Notes: generated from the sequence alone by a model not told the origin. Shown: positions 11,952 to 26,165, numbered from the stretch's first letter. The stretch: DNA of 64,000 bases from Trichosphaerium sp. ATCC 40318 (GCA_038496445.1 JALMLS010000641.1:39781-103780); one strand, 5' to 3'. A program made the numbers and translations.

Positions 11952-14684
11952 ATGGCACAGGGACGACGACCTTCTATTAGGTTCTACGATGCGTCACAGT
12001 ACAAATTACAGTCGTTACCACACGACGTTTGCGTTTTTGCTTCTTCAAGGTGCGTAATTGATACTGACTGTGGTAATACAGAAAAAGTAGCAGTTGAGTT
12101 AGCCCTAAACTTTTTTGACGATTTATTTTTTTTGTACAGCCAGAATCGTTCTCTGACGGCCAGCATGGGATATATTGATACAGTACCTTACGTAGAGCCC
12201 GGCGAGGTTATCTTTCGGCAAACAAGATTGTATGTCTAACAAATAGCTTTAAAATAGTCAAAGTAATCAACTGCAGAGGTTTTGTTGGATTTATTTGTGT
12301 TGGAAGTCCAAGTAATCTTGCAAGGGCTGTTTGGAAAGCTCTTTGTGGTGCACAAGACCATAGGAAGCAATCAGTACTTTTCGATGTACCCTCACAAGGT
12401 AACAACCTTTAGAAAAAAGACAACGAAAATGTTTAATGCAATCAAACATTTTTGTTTTGATCACGTGATTACTGATTTTATCTTTTTTAATAAGAAATGA
12501 CACAAATACATGCACAAAAGGTTGCAGATGTCTTGAATAACACTATCACGCAGTTTGCAAAGCGTAATTTAATGATAAAAACGATTACTCTGCGCATCAA
12601 TTCACCAAGAGAATTCAAAATTTTCCAAAATACATTGGGTATTCAACGAAGGGAGTACCGGCAAGATATGAATTCTGAATATCACCTTCGAGCTCGCAGT
12701 GTGCAACTTAATCCAGGATATCCACAAGAAACACCTGATCGAAATGGCCGTATAGCTGTGTCCCGTCAGCTAGGCGAATACGACTACGGACAGCATTTCA
12801 GAGGAGACGGGAGTTACTCTCAGATGTCTCCTCGTAAGAAGCAACTAAATCATTACGAGTCTGATCAAGACCCTTATGCACGTGTACCTATTCCTTCAGG
12901 AACTCCCAGAGATTATACGGACCGTGAAAGAAGTATCGAAAGAAACTACGCATCCCAAACACAACCAGAAGAACCTTCTATTCTTGCTTACACAGAAAAT
13001 GAATACGATGAAACTAATCGTGAATCCTATGATCCTTGCGCGGATCAGACGTACCCCAATTTCGATGTAAACGCTGAAGCAGAAGAGGTAGCCAAAAACC
13101 TAATCTCTGTTTTTACTGGCAAAGGGAAAAAGAAGTTGACAAAGATTAAACGGTAATAATTGTTTTTTGTAAACGTTTTTTCACATTATTTTTAGAGAAC
13201 ATCCTGATGTAAAACAAATGGCATTATTTAGACGTCTAGCATCTACGTTTGGCCAGGTGCGATTCTTCTTTTTTTCAGCATCAAGTTTCTTCATGTCACC
13301 TAGTAAACATTTTTATTAACTAACACGTTTTTTTTTACTGAAAACAGCCAAATCACCCTACATCAACAAGGAATACAAGAGCTTTTATGAATGATGTATC
13401 AGATGAAGTCTACGAGAGAATAGTACGATATTATCTCTTATGTGTTTCATACACCTACTATTACGTATTTAATGAATCTGTCTAGATTGCAGCACATATT
13501 AAAGAATGTGAAGCAGACTTAAAGGAAAAGATAAAAGAAAGTAAATTTAAAAAAACCAAAGCAACTGTTAAATACGCTGCACGTGATTTGTACTTTGAAG
13601 CGAACTTTTGTGAAGAAGTGATATATGCAACTATAGTAAACGAGTGTTCAAGACGCAGTTTGCATAGTAGCTCTTATGCAAAGCAGATGAAAATGGAATA
13701 TTGCACTAAATACAAGGTACCAAAATTACAAACAGAACTTGATGAATTGAACGAAAAATACAAACTGCTGGATTCTACATGTGAAAGATTGAGATCGGAA
13801 AAAGAGAACCTGGTAAAAGAGGCTCGAGAGAAAACAGCCAAAAAGAATGCTGCAATTAAACAGTGCAAAAGAGTTGAACAACAACTGGACAAAGCTATGC
13901 TTGACATCGAAAAGTTGGAAGACGACCTTGAGGTTAGTGAAGAGAGAGAACATAACCATGCAAACCAAATTGCACTATTAAGGAGCCAACAAACAGCAAC
14001 ATTCAAAGATTTGGAGTATTACAAAAGTGAGTCAGTAACCTTAAAAAGACATAGCGATGCCTTGACAGTACGCACTTTATTTTTTATCTTTATTGAAACC
14101 GGAACTCTAGAGCGAACTCCACACCACCAAAATAGCTTTGAAAGACTTAAAAGTAGAATTTGGTATTGCGATTGATGAATTAGATGACCTTAAGAGAGAA
14201 AGGGATAAACTCAATGTATGTATCTCAAAATTATTGAGAAAAGAAAAAAAAACTTCGACCTTAAATTTCTGTTTTAGAAGGACTTGCGGGATAGTACAGA
14301 AAAAGCACGAAGACTACAAAGGGAAAACAAAGAGTTGAATAATACGCTTGTACGTTGTAGTAAGTAACCTTGTCCTTAATAGTCGTATATAACAGAGGAG
14401 AACAAGCGCTACGAGCAGTGAAAATCTACAGCTTGAATATAAAAAATTGGTTGCTATGCTTAATGGCAAAGACGCACTAATACAGGAGATGTCATCAATA
14501 ATTGGAGACAAAGATCTACACATTGAGCGCTTACAGAATCAAGATAAGGCACGTGATTTTCATTGAAAGGATCACTCACGTTTTAACTCGTTTTTCAAAG
14601 GTATCATCAAAAACTATAAAAGATTTGAGAACAGAGGTTTTAGGACTTCAACATCAAGTTGACAGCAGTCACCGGACTGTCTAG
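11952..14684 (+). CDS. Protein with a degenerate macro-like N-terminal domain, low-complexity linker and C-terminal coiled coil
   Basis: The spliced frame is continuous through ORFs 11952, 12497, 13588 and 14138 to TAG 14684. The segment at 13700-14650 is heptad- and E/K/L-rich. Confidence 0.7.
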
Positions 14685-14977
14685 TCACTTCAATTACAAT
14701 CGTGGACTCTCGAAGAATCCCTCAGTGTCCGCTACATTACTGTTGTTCTTATTTAGTGGGTTAAACTATTGCTATGCATGTAAAACTATTCACGCATCCT
14801 CCTTGTAGAAATTAAATCCTGGAACGATTTTCCTATTTGAGCATCCAAGATTTTTTTTTGACATTCAATTATCTAAATTTGGTTTATACTGTGCAATAGC
14901 AGTGTGAGCACTTTGGTTGTGTACTTGCACTCAAGGAGCAGCAATATCTGCTACATTACAAGCGCAAAACTCACCGT

Positions 14978-17900
14978 ATGAGCCAAAACACCACAGGAGG
15001 CGAGGGAAGTAGTGACTTGCACGGTACGTAGTGATTGCAGAGTAATCGAAAACGATCGGACTTGCTTGACATGTACCTTATCTTATACGCTTCGATATAG
15101 CCTCGGAAGAATCCTCAAGCGAAGAATACGTTCCTCGCTTTGCCGTATTCAATCCAAATCAATTTGACTCAGATTACGTTGCAAGTGAAAGCAGTGACAG
15201 CGATACGCCAGATATGTTCTTTGGAGATAGCAAGTCCAAAAGAAACGTAAATTTGGGAGGTCGCTCTCAAAAAGCGCAGAGCAAGCGTACATCGATTGTG
15301 AAGTTACAAAAAAGCCGCCAGGACCGTGAAGAACAGCGGTTAAACGAATCAGCTGCTATTGTCCTTCAAATAAGGTTTTACGCCGTTTTTATGTGTATCT
15401 AACATAAAGAATAGGTGGAGAGCGTATTCTTTGGCTAAAAAAACTCGAGCTAAACAACAAGAGCAAGCTGGCGCTCAAATAGACCAATTTTCAACAGGTA
15501 TGTTTAACTGCCAATGCCCCGCTAAATATTTGTCCGCAATTACAATCTTACATGTCGTAGCACCTACTGCAGATGCGTTATACGCGGCTATACGTGGGTA
15601 TCTATTGACTGCGCCATTGGACGACACTACATTCTTCAAGCTTTGCAAATTTGTATTACGGAGCCTTAAGCAGAGCAAATCCGAGCTCAACATCATCCAA
15701 TACGCTTCATCTGTACGTTAACTATTCTTGTGGTATTGTTTAATCTTGTTGGCAGCAAGAAACAAAGGCAGGATTTATTCTGAATATGAGGCGACTAATT
15801 CGGTATTCTTTACCACATTTGGTAAGTCGCTGCTTTTGTCTTAATTTGACATTGTGTAGCAAGGAAATGACTTAAAAAAAATGGCTGTTCCTTTGCGTGT
15901 ATTATTATCACTAACTGATACTTCATTCTGGGCTAGTACTACAGCGCCTGCAAATGTTCAAAAGTTAGTTCCTTTACAATTAGCAAGGTTAGTTGAAAAT
16001 ACCCAAGTTGAACTATTATTTGTTTCTGACGTGCATAGGTACTTGGTCGAAAATAGACCCTTTGCACCTATTTATAAGATGTTTGTTCTCTCGCATACAT
16101 CAACTACGAAAAAAAATGAAGACACGTCAAGCATGGGTGCAATGACGAGCGTTGTATGTTACTCCTTCTTTTTTTTGAATTACAAAAGTTGTTTACATTC
16201 ATTAACTGATATTAGTTGTGCAATTTGATCAATAGCTACAGTAGACTACTTCCGAGTGATCAAGTGTTTCTGGGATTTCAAATAGTTGTAGAACTTCTTC
16301 ATGTGCCATCTTTGTCTTCCAGACTACCTCCTGTTTCCCAAAACCTGCTTTTTGTTCGATCTTCAGAGAATTTACTAAAACTTGCACTCCCTTGTATTGG
16401 TATGTACTGATATTACACTTATACAAGCTAACAAAACTCGTCTTAGATTCCGTTAATTTTCCGCCAAAATCATTCGCTGCACCAGATAACGGAGTTGGCA
16501 CGTGATAAAATATGCATCTGTTAAGGGTTTATTAACAAGATAATAGAACATGAAGAGGATGATGTAGATGAAGAAGCCACATCAGCTGTGCTATTAATGC
16601 TAGAAAATCTAATGGAGATACTTCTTGAAACAAAGATATCCGAAAAGGTTAGTACTACACATGTGTAGCTATCTTCGTTAATTTCTGTTTTTCTTAAATT
16701 TTTCTTAGGCTGCTACAGATATTTCTCGTTGTCTTGTTGTTTTGTTAAAGCATCTCGACAAAGCTCCTTTAGATTCCAAAAACGCTGTCCAAAAACTACG
16801 TTACTTCACACGTGTAGAGGCGTATAATAGTGTGTTTAAATACTTGCTTAATCCAGGTGATTCAAGTCCAGAAGAATTAACACAATCAATACACTTGGGA
16901 TGCTCGCTCTATGGTACCAAAAATTGTAACATCCTTTTGCTAATGCCGGACTAGTACATCTACTTGGAAAGTTTCCAGATCTTGCTGTTTCTCTATTGAA
17001 CTTGCTGTCCTTTACGAGGTAACAGACAAATGTGGGTTTTTTAAAGTTATTAATTCTGTTCTTAGACGAAATATTCTTTTGATATGTCTATGGAACTGGC
17101 TCAAAACAAACGGTGGTTTTGAGGTCATGGAGAATCGGAGTACAAATCCACATTCCTTTTTTTGATGATTTCTCATTTTATTTTGTTAGGAGTTAGTGAA
17201 AAGTACACTAAAGTTGTAGAAATTGTAACACTATTTGTTGTTTGCTATGGGCATTTGCTTATTGGTACTAATTTAGTTTACAAGCCTGCCATATCTTACA
17301 GTTCTTAGTTTTGAACGATGATGAATTTTATGAGACTAAGAGACCTCTGCACACCGTACGAGGGTTATGTGGTTACGTTCATAAGCTAATATTTATACTC
17401 TAGGATGAAGTAAGTAGATTGGTATCAATGCTAAAAGAGTGGATCTTCTCGTTGTATATTGAAAATGATCACACTAAAATCACTGAACCAGAAAAAGTTC
17501 TAAGGTACAAGCAGTAAATGAATGTTCTAATTCTAATGTTCCTTTTTCAGAGGTATTTCTAATCGTGTTTTGGTTCAATTACACGATCGTTTTGTTAGAC
17601 GCAAGTTTGGTGATGCTTCTATGTGGAAACTTTTACAAGTTCAGAATATGAACTTGATAGAGTAAGTTAATCATGAATGAATAAGGGATTCGTCTAATGT
17701 TTTCTTCAACATTAGGTTAAGTAGGGTGTTTACAGGAGAGGCAGTGCCTAGTTTATTAACATATATACCATTCTGTTTCCCCTTTACTGATCGTTACAAC
17801 TACTTTCGTAATCTAATACTACAAGATATCTCTTCCTCAACGTACTGATTTTGTCTTTCAACAATCTAACACTTGGTTAGGGTACATAGTATACAATGGC

Positions 17901-19367
17901 CAGTAGTCCAAATAAGAAGAAAAATGATAGTAAGAGACGGATTTGAAGCTTTTGGTAATGCTGGGAGTAACATGTTGAAAGGAAAGCTAAGGTATTGATT
18001 ATCAAAGTTTGTAAACCACTTTTTCTGACTTTTGTACTCAGAATTTCTTTCATCAACGAGTATGGCGTGGCTGAAATTGGTTATGATATGGGTGGATTAT
18101 TTAAAGAGTTTGTAACAGAGCTTGTAAGAACAGCATTCGCTCCAGAGTTTGGTATGCCACCGAGAAACAAACTTTTAGCATGTGTTTTAAATTAACTTTA
18201 TACTTTAGGGCTTTTCTGTCGTAACACAGATGGTGACTTATACCCAAGCCCTATATCACATAAAGTAGAAAACCATCTTGAATTGTTTACCTTCTTGGGT
18301 TCAATTGTTGGTAAAGCTTTATTCGATGGTACCGTGTTTTAATACGACGATTTTTGTTTTTTGTTTGGTATTTATTTTCCATGTTAGGTATTGTTGTAGA
18401 TCTCCCTTTTGCTAGCTTCTTTTTAAATAGAATGCTCGGGAAAAGAAACTCAATAGACTTGCTTAAGTCTCTTGATCCACAGTTATACAAGAACTTAATG
18501 TTTGTCAGAGATACAGATGATGTCAAAGCATTGATGCTCACTTTTTCTATGGCTTCAGATAGCGATGAGTTCCAAGGACGAAAGGAGATGGACCTTATAC
18601 CTGGAGGCTCTCAAATTGAAGTTACTAAGGATAACCGCATTGAGTATATTCATCTTGTAGCAGACTTTAAACTAAGCAAAGAAATCAAAAAACAGACAAG
18701 AGCATTCCTTGCAGGTACCTTCTTTTTTCTACATCTCCTGTACTGCAAGTCACAATATATGTTAATACTCCATATAGGCTTCCGTAAGATTGTTCAAGTC
18801 AATTGGTTGATGCTGTTTTCTCAGCATGAGATGCAGATACTCATATCTGGAGATAACGTTGATATTGACATTGAAGATCTTAAAGCAAATACTCAGTACG
18901 ATTTGAATTCATGTTATTGTTGGTTTTAGTCACAACCCACTCTTATTGTTTCCCTTCTATAGGTACAAAGGATACACAGCAAGATCGTGGACAGTAAAAA
19001 ACTTCTGGAGCGTGTTAACTTCGTTTTCAAAGGAAGAAAAACGGAAGTTTCTGAAGTTTGTCACTTCATGTTCAAAGCCTCCAATGCTGGGTACTTGTTT
19101 CGGGTTTTTTTTGAAGACATATGTCTACTCACACCGTTATGTCTAGGATTCAAGAATCTATTGCCTCCTTTTACAATACAAAAACTTGAAAATGGAGCGA
19201 ACACAGGTGTATCATTTTTTGGCATTGGTGTTAACGAACCGTCAAGATTGCCTTCTTCTCACACGTGTTTTAATACTTTGGATCTACCTCCTTATCGTAA
19301 GCAATCTACACTACGTGATAAATTGCTATATGCTATAAATGCTCAAGCAGGTTTCGATAATTCTTAA
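14978..19367 (+). CDS. UBE3C: HECT E3 ubiquitin ligase, UBE3B/UBE3C/Hul5 family
   Basis: MFFGDSKSKRNVNLGGRS plus an IQ-like AAIVLQ motif. HECT domain: ISFINEYGVAEIGYDMGGLFKEF, LKFVTSCSKPPMLGF, RLPSSHTCFNTLDLPPY..AGFDNS*. An upstream exon from ATG 14978 splices in frame; the family-typical start is 15214. Confidence 0.93.
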
Positions 19368-19934
19368 TGACAGATAAAGGTTGTCTAAGTTGTACTTGTA
19401 AAAAAAAAAATACTTTCAGAAAAAAAACCAAAAGCTTTCATGAAAGGGGTGGTATAAACCTTGCTCTTAATCATGCTTACCTTGCGTAACCAGTGATAAC
19501 TGGGTATGAGTTATTATCAAAATGTGACATAAACTATGGATACAACGCAGTATTGAAGGATTTTTTTGGAAAGTTTTCTTTTTTTTGCCAAATCGAAAAT
19601 TAAGTCTGTTTTCGCTCATCCTAAAACAACCATTCTGCACTTCAAATCAGACAACACGGTACGTAAAAGTGTTATCGTTTATTTTAAAGAGCAAGCCATA
19701 CAGCGTGAAAAGAACGCTAAAGGTAGCGCTATTTATCAGTGTACTAACACTTTACGCACTTTAGAACGCTTAATAAACGTACTGAATACGTTACTACTAC
19801 CAATTAATTGTCGTTGACAGGAAAACCGCTAGTTAATCACATTCCAAGTACGATAAGCGTTATCAGTATACTAGCTATTAATCCGCTTTATTAGATCAAA
19901 TTTAAAATAAGTGCAACCCTCACTGTTAGGCAAT

Positions 19935-22900
19935 ATGAGCCAACAGAACCAAACAACGCCTAAAAACAATCGTAACACTGCTTGTAATGCTTTTGAACCT
20001 CAATTATGGCGAAGAAATAAATGCAAACATTGTTTTGTTTCAAAGACGCTTCATATAACTACGTACGTGTACTTACATACGTATACTCATTTATAAAGGT
20101 GTCAAAAAAAGGCCTCGTTCCTAATATTACTTTTTTGCTTTAGATCTGAAAACGAAACAACGTCCACAGGCAAAGACACATCTACAGAGCCCAATCTAGC
20201 ACAATTAATTTTTAGTGATCATCGCGAACCGCCGGATGGCGAATTAAAAGGCCCAAGGTCTACTACTAGTGCTAACGTGTTGTCTAAAATTAATCTATTC
20301 GAAGCTCTTGTACGTTGACACGCAAAAAAGATGTCACAATGAAAAACTTTGTTTTTTTTTTGAGAGAATTCGCAAGAAAGTGCTCCGCTTTTACGCAAAG
20401 CGGTGTTGTGCTGAAACTCCTTGAAAAGCAAAAAAATTATCTCGCTTTATTTAATTATCCTCATGCTAATTATTATGCTATAGGTTCCAGAAGAGACTAT
20501 GGACTCTCCAACAGAAAAACGGTTGAAGTACGAGAATTTTATCACGTGTCTTTTTTTGGTTTTTTTTCTTCATTTTTGGGTGTTCTAGAACTATATTTTT
20601 TTCTTGCCTCGTTCCTCACTTTTATATCAGACAACATCAGAGAAATGTCGTTAGTGAAGGTGCATCAGGGTTTGCTGCATTAAAACGACCAAACAAGAAA
20701 ACACATAGGCATTACGTAAGCGTTACACCCTTTGTATTTGGGTTTTTTGGACTAATTAGTATTTTTGGAGTACTGCTTATTTTTGGCGTTCTAATGACTC
20801 ATTGGTAGGTTTCTGAGGTTACTGGATTTAATGATAGTTTGGAAGAAGGCTTACGCGCATCTCTAAGGCTAAGCCTTCATCAAATCAAAGAATTACGCGA
20901 AGAAGGTGGGAGAAATAGAACTACAAGTTTGGCAAGTGATCCAGATGCAGGAGTGAATCCAAATGCTGAAGTTGATGAAGAAGCTGAAGTAAATGATAGT
21001 GAAGCTCAGAAGCAAGGTACATTAAACAATGCCATGGAAACATTTCAGCTGTTTGCTTTCGCATCATAATTCGTTCCTTACCTGATGTACAGCTGAAGTG
21101 AAAGGTGTTTCAAGCGATGAAGTCATTTCTGAGATGGATGGTATGATAGCTATGCTTGAAGCAGGTATGTTACTAGAAAGTTACAACACAATTAGAACTA
21201 ACGTACTTTTAGGTAAATTTGATGAAGTAGCACAAGGCTTGGACGACTCCACTAGACCTGGTAAGCGCATTATTTATTATTCATCTTAGCACAGATTCTC
21301 ATACATTTATAGAAGGTGCAGCAGACAGTAAAAGTCAAAACACAGATGCTGTTACAACAGAAAAAACAGAAGAACCTAAAGACATACTCGAAGAACTAAG
21401 CGTAAAGAAATCACTCCCAAAAGTACCTGAAAAATCACAAAAAACAAACGGGCAACCAGATTTTGTAGTACTAGAGGTACACGTGATACACTAGAGTCAG
21501 GGGAAAAGCTTACAATATTTTTACAGGAAGTACCTGGAGATGCTCCTTCACAAAAATCTCCTCGTGCAAAGAAACCACTTCCTATTCCTAAACGAAACGT
21601 TCATGCACTAAGAGTATGTTTAGTATTTTACAGGCATACCGTTGTCTTATTACTTGAGCCTAGGAGTCAGCCACACGTTCTTCAACATACTCTGGAAGTG
21701 CAGCACAAGGTAAACTTTTTTTGTTCTTTTTTTCCTTTTAACACCTTTGTTGTGTAGTCGTTTCCAAGCCTTCAAAAGCAACAAAGGCGCTTAAACACAT
21801 GTGGCGCAGATCTAAACTACCTCCGAAAGAGGTTGGAAGTAAGCCAATGCTAGCTCCTGGGTACTATAATCGCAACTTGCTATTTGTTGTAATTTTTTTT
21901 TACAGACGATCAAACTCGGGTAGTAAAGGTAACCGGTTTACTATCAACTTTCAAGGAACGCCTCCTTTACAAGCACACAAGGGATTACGTAGGACATAAT
22001 CACACCAACCATATTTAACAAGAAAAACAGGGCATGATGACGGGACAGTGTCACAACTTCGGATTCGTGATGTTACAGAAAAGAAGCCTGCTTCGCCTCG
22101 TCGCAGTATTTATGTATCAGCAGATGTACTGATTACTCTTAAATGTTGTTTATGATACTAACTTGATGGATGTTTAGGGTAGTGCAGACAAACCTCAAGA
22201 ACCAGGTAGTCATTGTACAGATCTTTTCTTAAGTTTGCTAATGATTTGTTAAGCGAGCTCAGCACCTAATGTTGACGTTTTTGAGGAAATCAATGATATA
22301 GAGGAACAAATGGAGAAAGAATTCAAAGCTATTGAACTTGAGAGATTCAAGGTTTATGTTGATAGCAGAGAAGAACCAGCAACACTCGAAGATGCTCTAG
22401 AAGAGATTAAAATAGTAAGACAATACAAGTCTTTTTTTTTTCTTTTAATTGAATGTTTTTATTTCTTACCACCTTATAAAGCTACGAGCTGGTGCAAAAG
22501 ATCTGCAACGTGCATTGCATAAACAAACAGAAGTCAATACCACATATAACAAAGATTTCGAAGCTGACATGACAAAGTACTTAACTGATAACTGAAATTA
22601 ACTTCACGGGGTTTTTTACTTATTTAAATTTGTTATACCACTGTTCTAATGTTTTAATGTAGGTTACGTAGTCAGATGAGTAAATACAGACGTGAAGCAA
22701 TGGAACTTAAGGTACTGAAAAAAGGCTGATGAAGCGATATTTGCCTGCTGTTAAGTGTAGACTGTTTTCTCACAATTTTTTCAAAAACAGGCGTACAAGA
22801 AGATTGTGCATGGTAAATTAGCCAGTATGGGTGCTCAAGGTCTTGATATTATTGCCGAAAAGAGTGGTTGGCTTGAAAAGAAGAATGTAAGCAAGAAGCT

Positions 22901-24907
22901 ACAACAATGGAAACGTAGATTCTGCTGCTTGACGCCTGAAACATTATACTACTTCAAGAGCCAAACAGTGAGTGCTGCCTAATTTCTTGATCTTCAAAAA
23001 AATGACGTAACACGTGATAATAGGAACTTGAACCTCAAGGAAAGATTGACCTACGTACAGCTACATTCAGTAAAACAGATGATTCAGCAAACATCAACAG
23101 CATGTACAGTTTTGAGGTAAGACTTTCAAGTCAAAGATGTTTTTTGTTTAACACTTGATAAAGGTCAATGTCAAGGGACCTCCTGATTACCAAATGTACT
23201 TTTTTGCAGATACAGCTGAAGATAGGAATGAGTGGTTATCTACAGCGAGATACCTAAAGGAACAGATTCAGGTACAAAACACGCATTAAGTAAGTTAATC
23301 ACTCACTTAACTGTTAGAATCCTTTGGCTCGTTGTGGTGTCAGTGATCGTGCAACATTGCTAAGAGTACGTAACTGGTTTGTATGTAAGTAAAAGATACT
23401 AAAGACAATCAAAATAGATTATAGTGACTCCTCCATATAAACTTATGACTGATTTTGTAACACATACATCACTTCAAGACGGAACAAGTGCGGGTAAATC
23501 TGTACTAAATATATTTGATGCTAGAGGAAAATTATTGGATCTAATGATGGTACTCATATCTCAGGAGATAAATAACACAAGTACGAAGGTTTCTTCTATA
23601 TATTGAAGCGTTATTTTTGCTGAGAGTTTTTGGATTGGAGTAATGTATTTACTAGGAACGAATGGAACACTTTTCAGAGGAACAACACTTGTTAGTAAAT
23701 TCCTTCGTGAGTACTTCAATAGAGTTGCATCAAAGTATCTTCGTGGAACATTGTATAGAGTACTTACAGATCTCATTCTTGAAGATAAAAGCATGGAGGC
23801 ACGAGACTAACTATTTTTGGGTTTTGTAGTATTTAATAATTCTTGATTCTTGGCATCTTTTCTAAAACACCTTCAAGGTCCGCCCTAATATGATTAAACC
23901 TGGTGAAGATTTATCTGCAAATGCTTATAATATACAAGAAGCTACACAACGTATACTTAACGCTATTCTATCATCTGTAGACCGCGTGCCTCCGTAAGTC
24001 TTTTTTGTTTTGTTACATCAATCTTTTCGGTTACTAATATCCAACGCAAAGGGAAATGAAGCATATTTGTTGCCACTTACGTAAATGTGTATTAAAGAAG
24101 TTTCCAAAAATGCAACACACAAGTATAGGTGGCTTAATATTTTTACGGTACGTACAAGACGACAGGAAGCCAAACTGACTTTTTTCCAAAAAATTATTTG
24201 CTCACCTTTTCCTAGTTTTTTCTGCCCAGCAATTGTGTCCCCAGTGTCTTGTGGGTTGCTCCAAAGTACGTTTATATGCATTGTAGTTACCTAACATACG
24301 TTTAAGAACAACCATCAACAAGGATAATGAGAAATTTTGTTACTATTGCTAAGCTGCTTCAATATATTTCAAACAACTTAGAGTTTACAGTAAAAGAGAA
24401 GCAAATGCAGATTTTTAATCCTTTCATACGCACAAGCATATCAAAGGTTAATAACTTTTTTGTATTGATTTCAATGGTACGTTATTTTTGCATACCAGTT
24501 TTTTCACGCACGTGTGATACTGGTGTACATAGCACTCAAGTTAAACAAGAATTAAAATATCACCAATTTTTTTTCGCAATCAGCGGAAATGTGGAAGCAA
24601 GCACGATGGAAGTGATTTTCCGCTCCACCTGTCATGCTTCCAGACCATTCCTTTAACAGGTTTTTTGGTCAAATCATGCAAATTCGAACTGAAAAGTGCA
24701 ACTTCACGTGATTTTTTTTTTTGTATTCTAAGGTTTTTTATTAATTTTTTTGGTTAGCCTCTGTCTTCTTCTGAATGTATTCCAAAACCAAAATTAGAAA
24801 CAGTCAAATCAAGAGATGTTGAGGTATTAAGATCTTTTATTGTTAAGATATTAGACAAGCTTGAGCCAACATTAAAGCAATGTGCTGCACAATTGAAAGC
24901 GAAATAA
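19935..24907 (+). CDS. Ras GTPase-activating protein with a PH domain and an N-terminal C3H motif
   Basis: PH: KSGWLEKK..QWKRRFCCLTPETLYYFKS..PQGKIDL..RNEWLS. RasGAP: TLFRGTT (arginine finger), GGLIFLR/FFCPAIVSP, IAKLLQYISN. Confidence 0.92.
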
Positions 24908-25352
24908 TATCACGGTATACCCACCCGTTTTGACGCGTGTGCTTTGATGTAAAATTGTAAAATAGATGATACAAATAACGTAATAATTGCACTTGTCTTT
25001 CGTTAATGGCTACGCCAGTATATGTTTAGTTGAGTAACAACCACAGCTTTGGGTTACTTCATTTCAAGCAAGCACCATCAACTTGACTCCTTGCTTTGCA
25101 AACAAACGTTTAATTTACAATAACCTGTGGTAGAGCATCTTTCTTCGCTTACTAATGAGCTAGTTTCGTGCAAGTCAATACACAATGGAATCACCATGTA
25201 CTATTTACTTTTGTTGATCTAGTCTGTAGTGCATGGCAGTCCGCCAACTTACTAGTAACGGCACTGTTTGTACAAGTTCTAAGCAACAGGCACCATTTCT
25301 TGATCGCTCAAGCGTGCAAACTGATCACGTGATGTACAATGTTTCGTTTTTT

Positions 25353-26165
25353 TTATTTGTTTCTTTTTTGCATTATGCGTTCTATCAAATCATTTTTCTC
25401 AATACACCCAGCGTAAGAGATATCATTCTTAGCCATAATAGTACGTAACCGTCTAACTGACAATTGTTTTAACTCTTCGGCTGTAACTGTATTGATATCA
25501 AGAGGCTCTGGCGCGTTTACGGCGGTATCAAGAGCGGATGCAAAGCCAGCATCCACTAGAGGAGAAGTAAGAAAAAATTGTTTTGGAACGGCTGTTTGCG
25601 TACTTGGATGGCCTTTCCATGATATGTTGCCTTCCTTGTTGATAACAAAAGCGGCAGGGATGCCTGACATACCAAAACGTTGCATATAACCTGCCAAGTG
25701 GTTAAAACTTTACCACAGAACACTTTACGCGTAGGGGTAAGGTATGAATGGATATTAACGTACTTGAAGCGCTTCCATTTGTATCTAAAGCTACGACGTA
25801 ATCCATTTGCTTCCCCATTCCTTGTACGAATGGTGCTACTTTCTTAGAGTAGAATTAACGTTAGTTATACGCAACATGACGTTTCGTGATTAAAAATTGC
25901 TTACTTGCATTGTTTCCTGAGTAATACCCACAAATGTAACGCTAGGGTACTTCTTTTGTAATTCTGTTAGATGTGGAATTGATTGGCGACACGGAGGGCA
26001 CCTTCACCTCTAATTAGGCGACAAGAACCCGTAGTAAGCTAAAATGACTTACCATGTTGCCCAAAACTCTAATACGGTTATTTTTCCACCAAATCCTTTA
26101 CTGAAATCTACAGCATCTCCCTTTACTACTGAGAGACCAGTTATTGGAGTAGCAGCATCAGCCAT
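25353..26165 (-). CDS. TlpA/redoxin-type thioredoxin-fold protein with a C-terminal SAP-like helical domain
   Basis: [23 protein letters not shown] and GIPAAFVINKEGNISWKGHP; C-terminus LSVRRLRTIMAKNDISYAGCIEKNDLIERI. Confidence 0.9.

Noticed and set aside
19470-19515. ATGCTTACCTTGC resembling the U1 snRNA 5' end
   Set aside because: No U1-70K loop (GATCACGAAG), U1A loop or Sm site follows.
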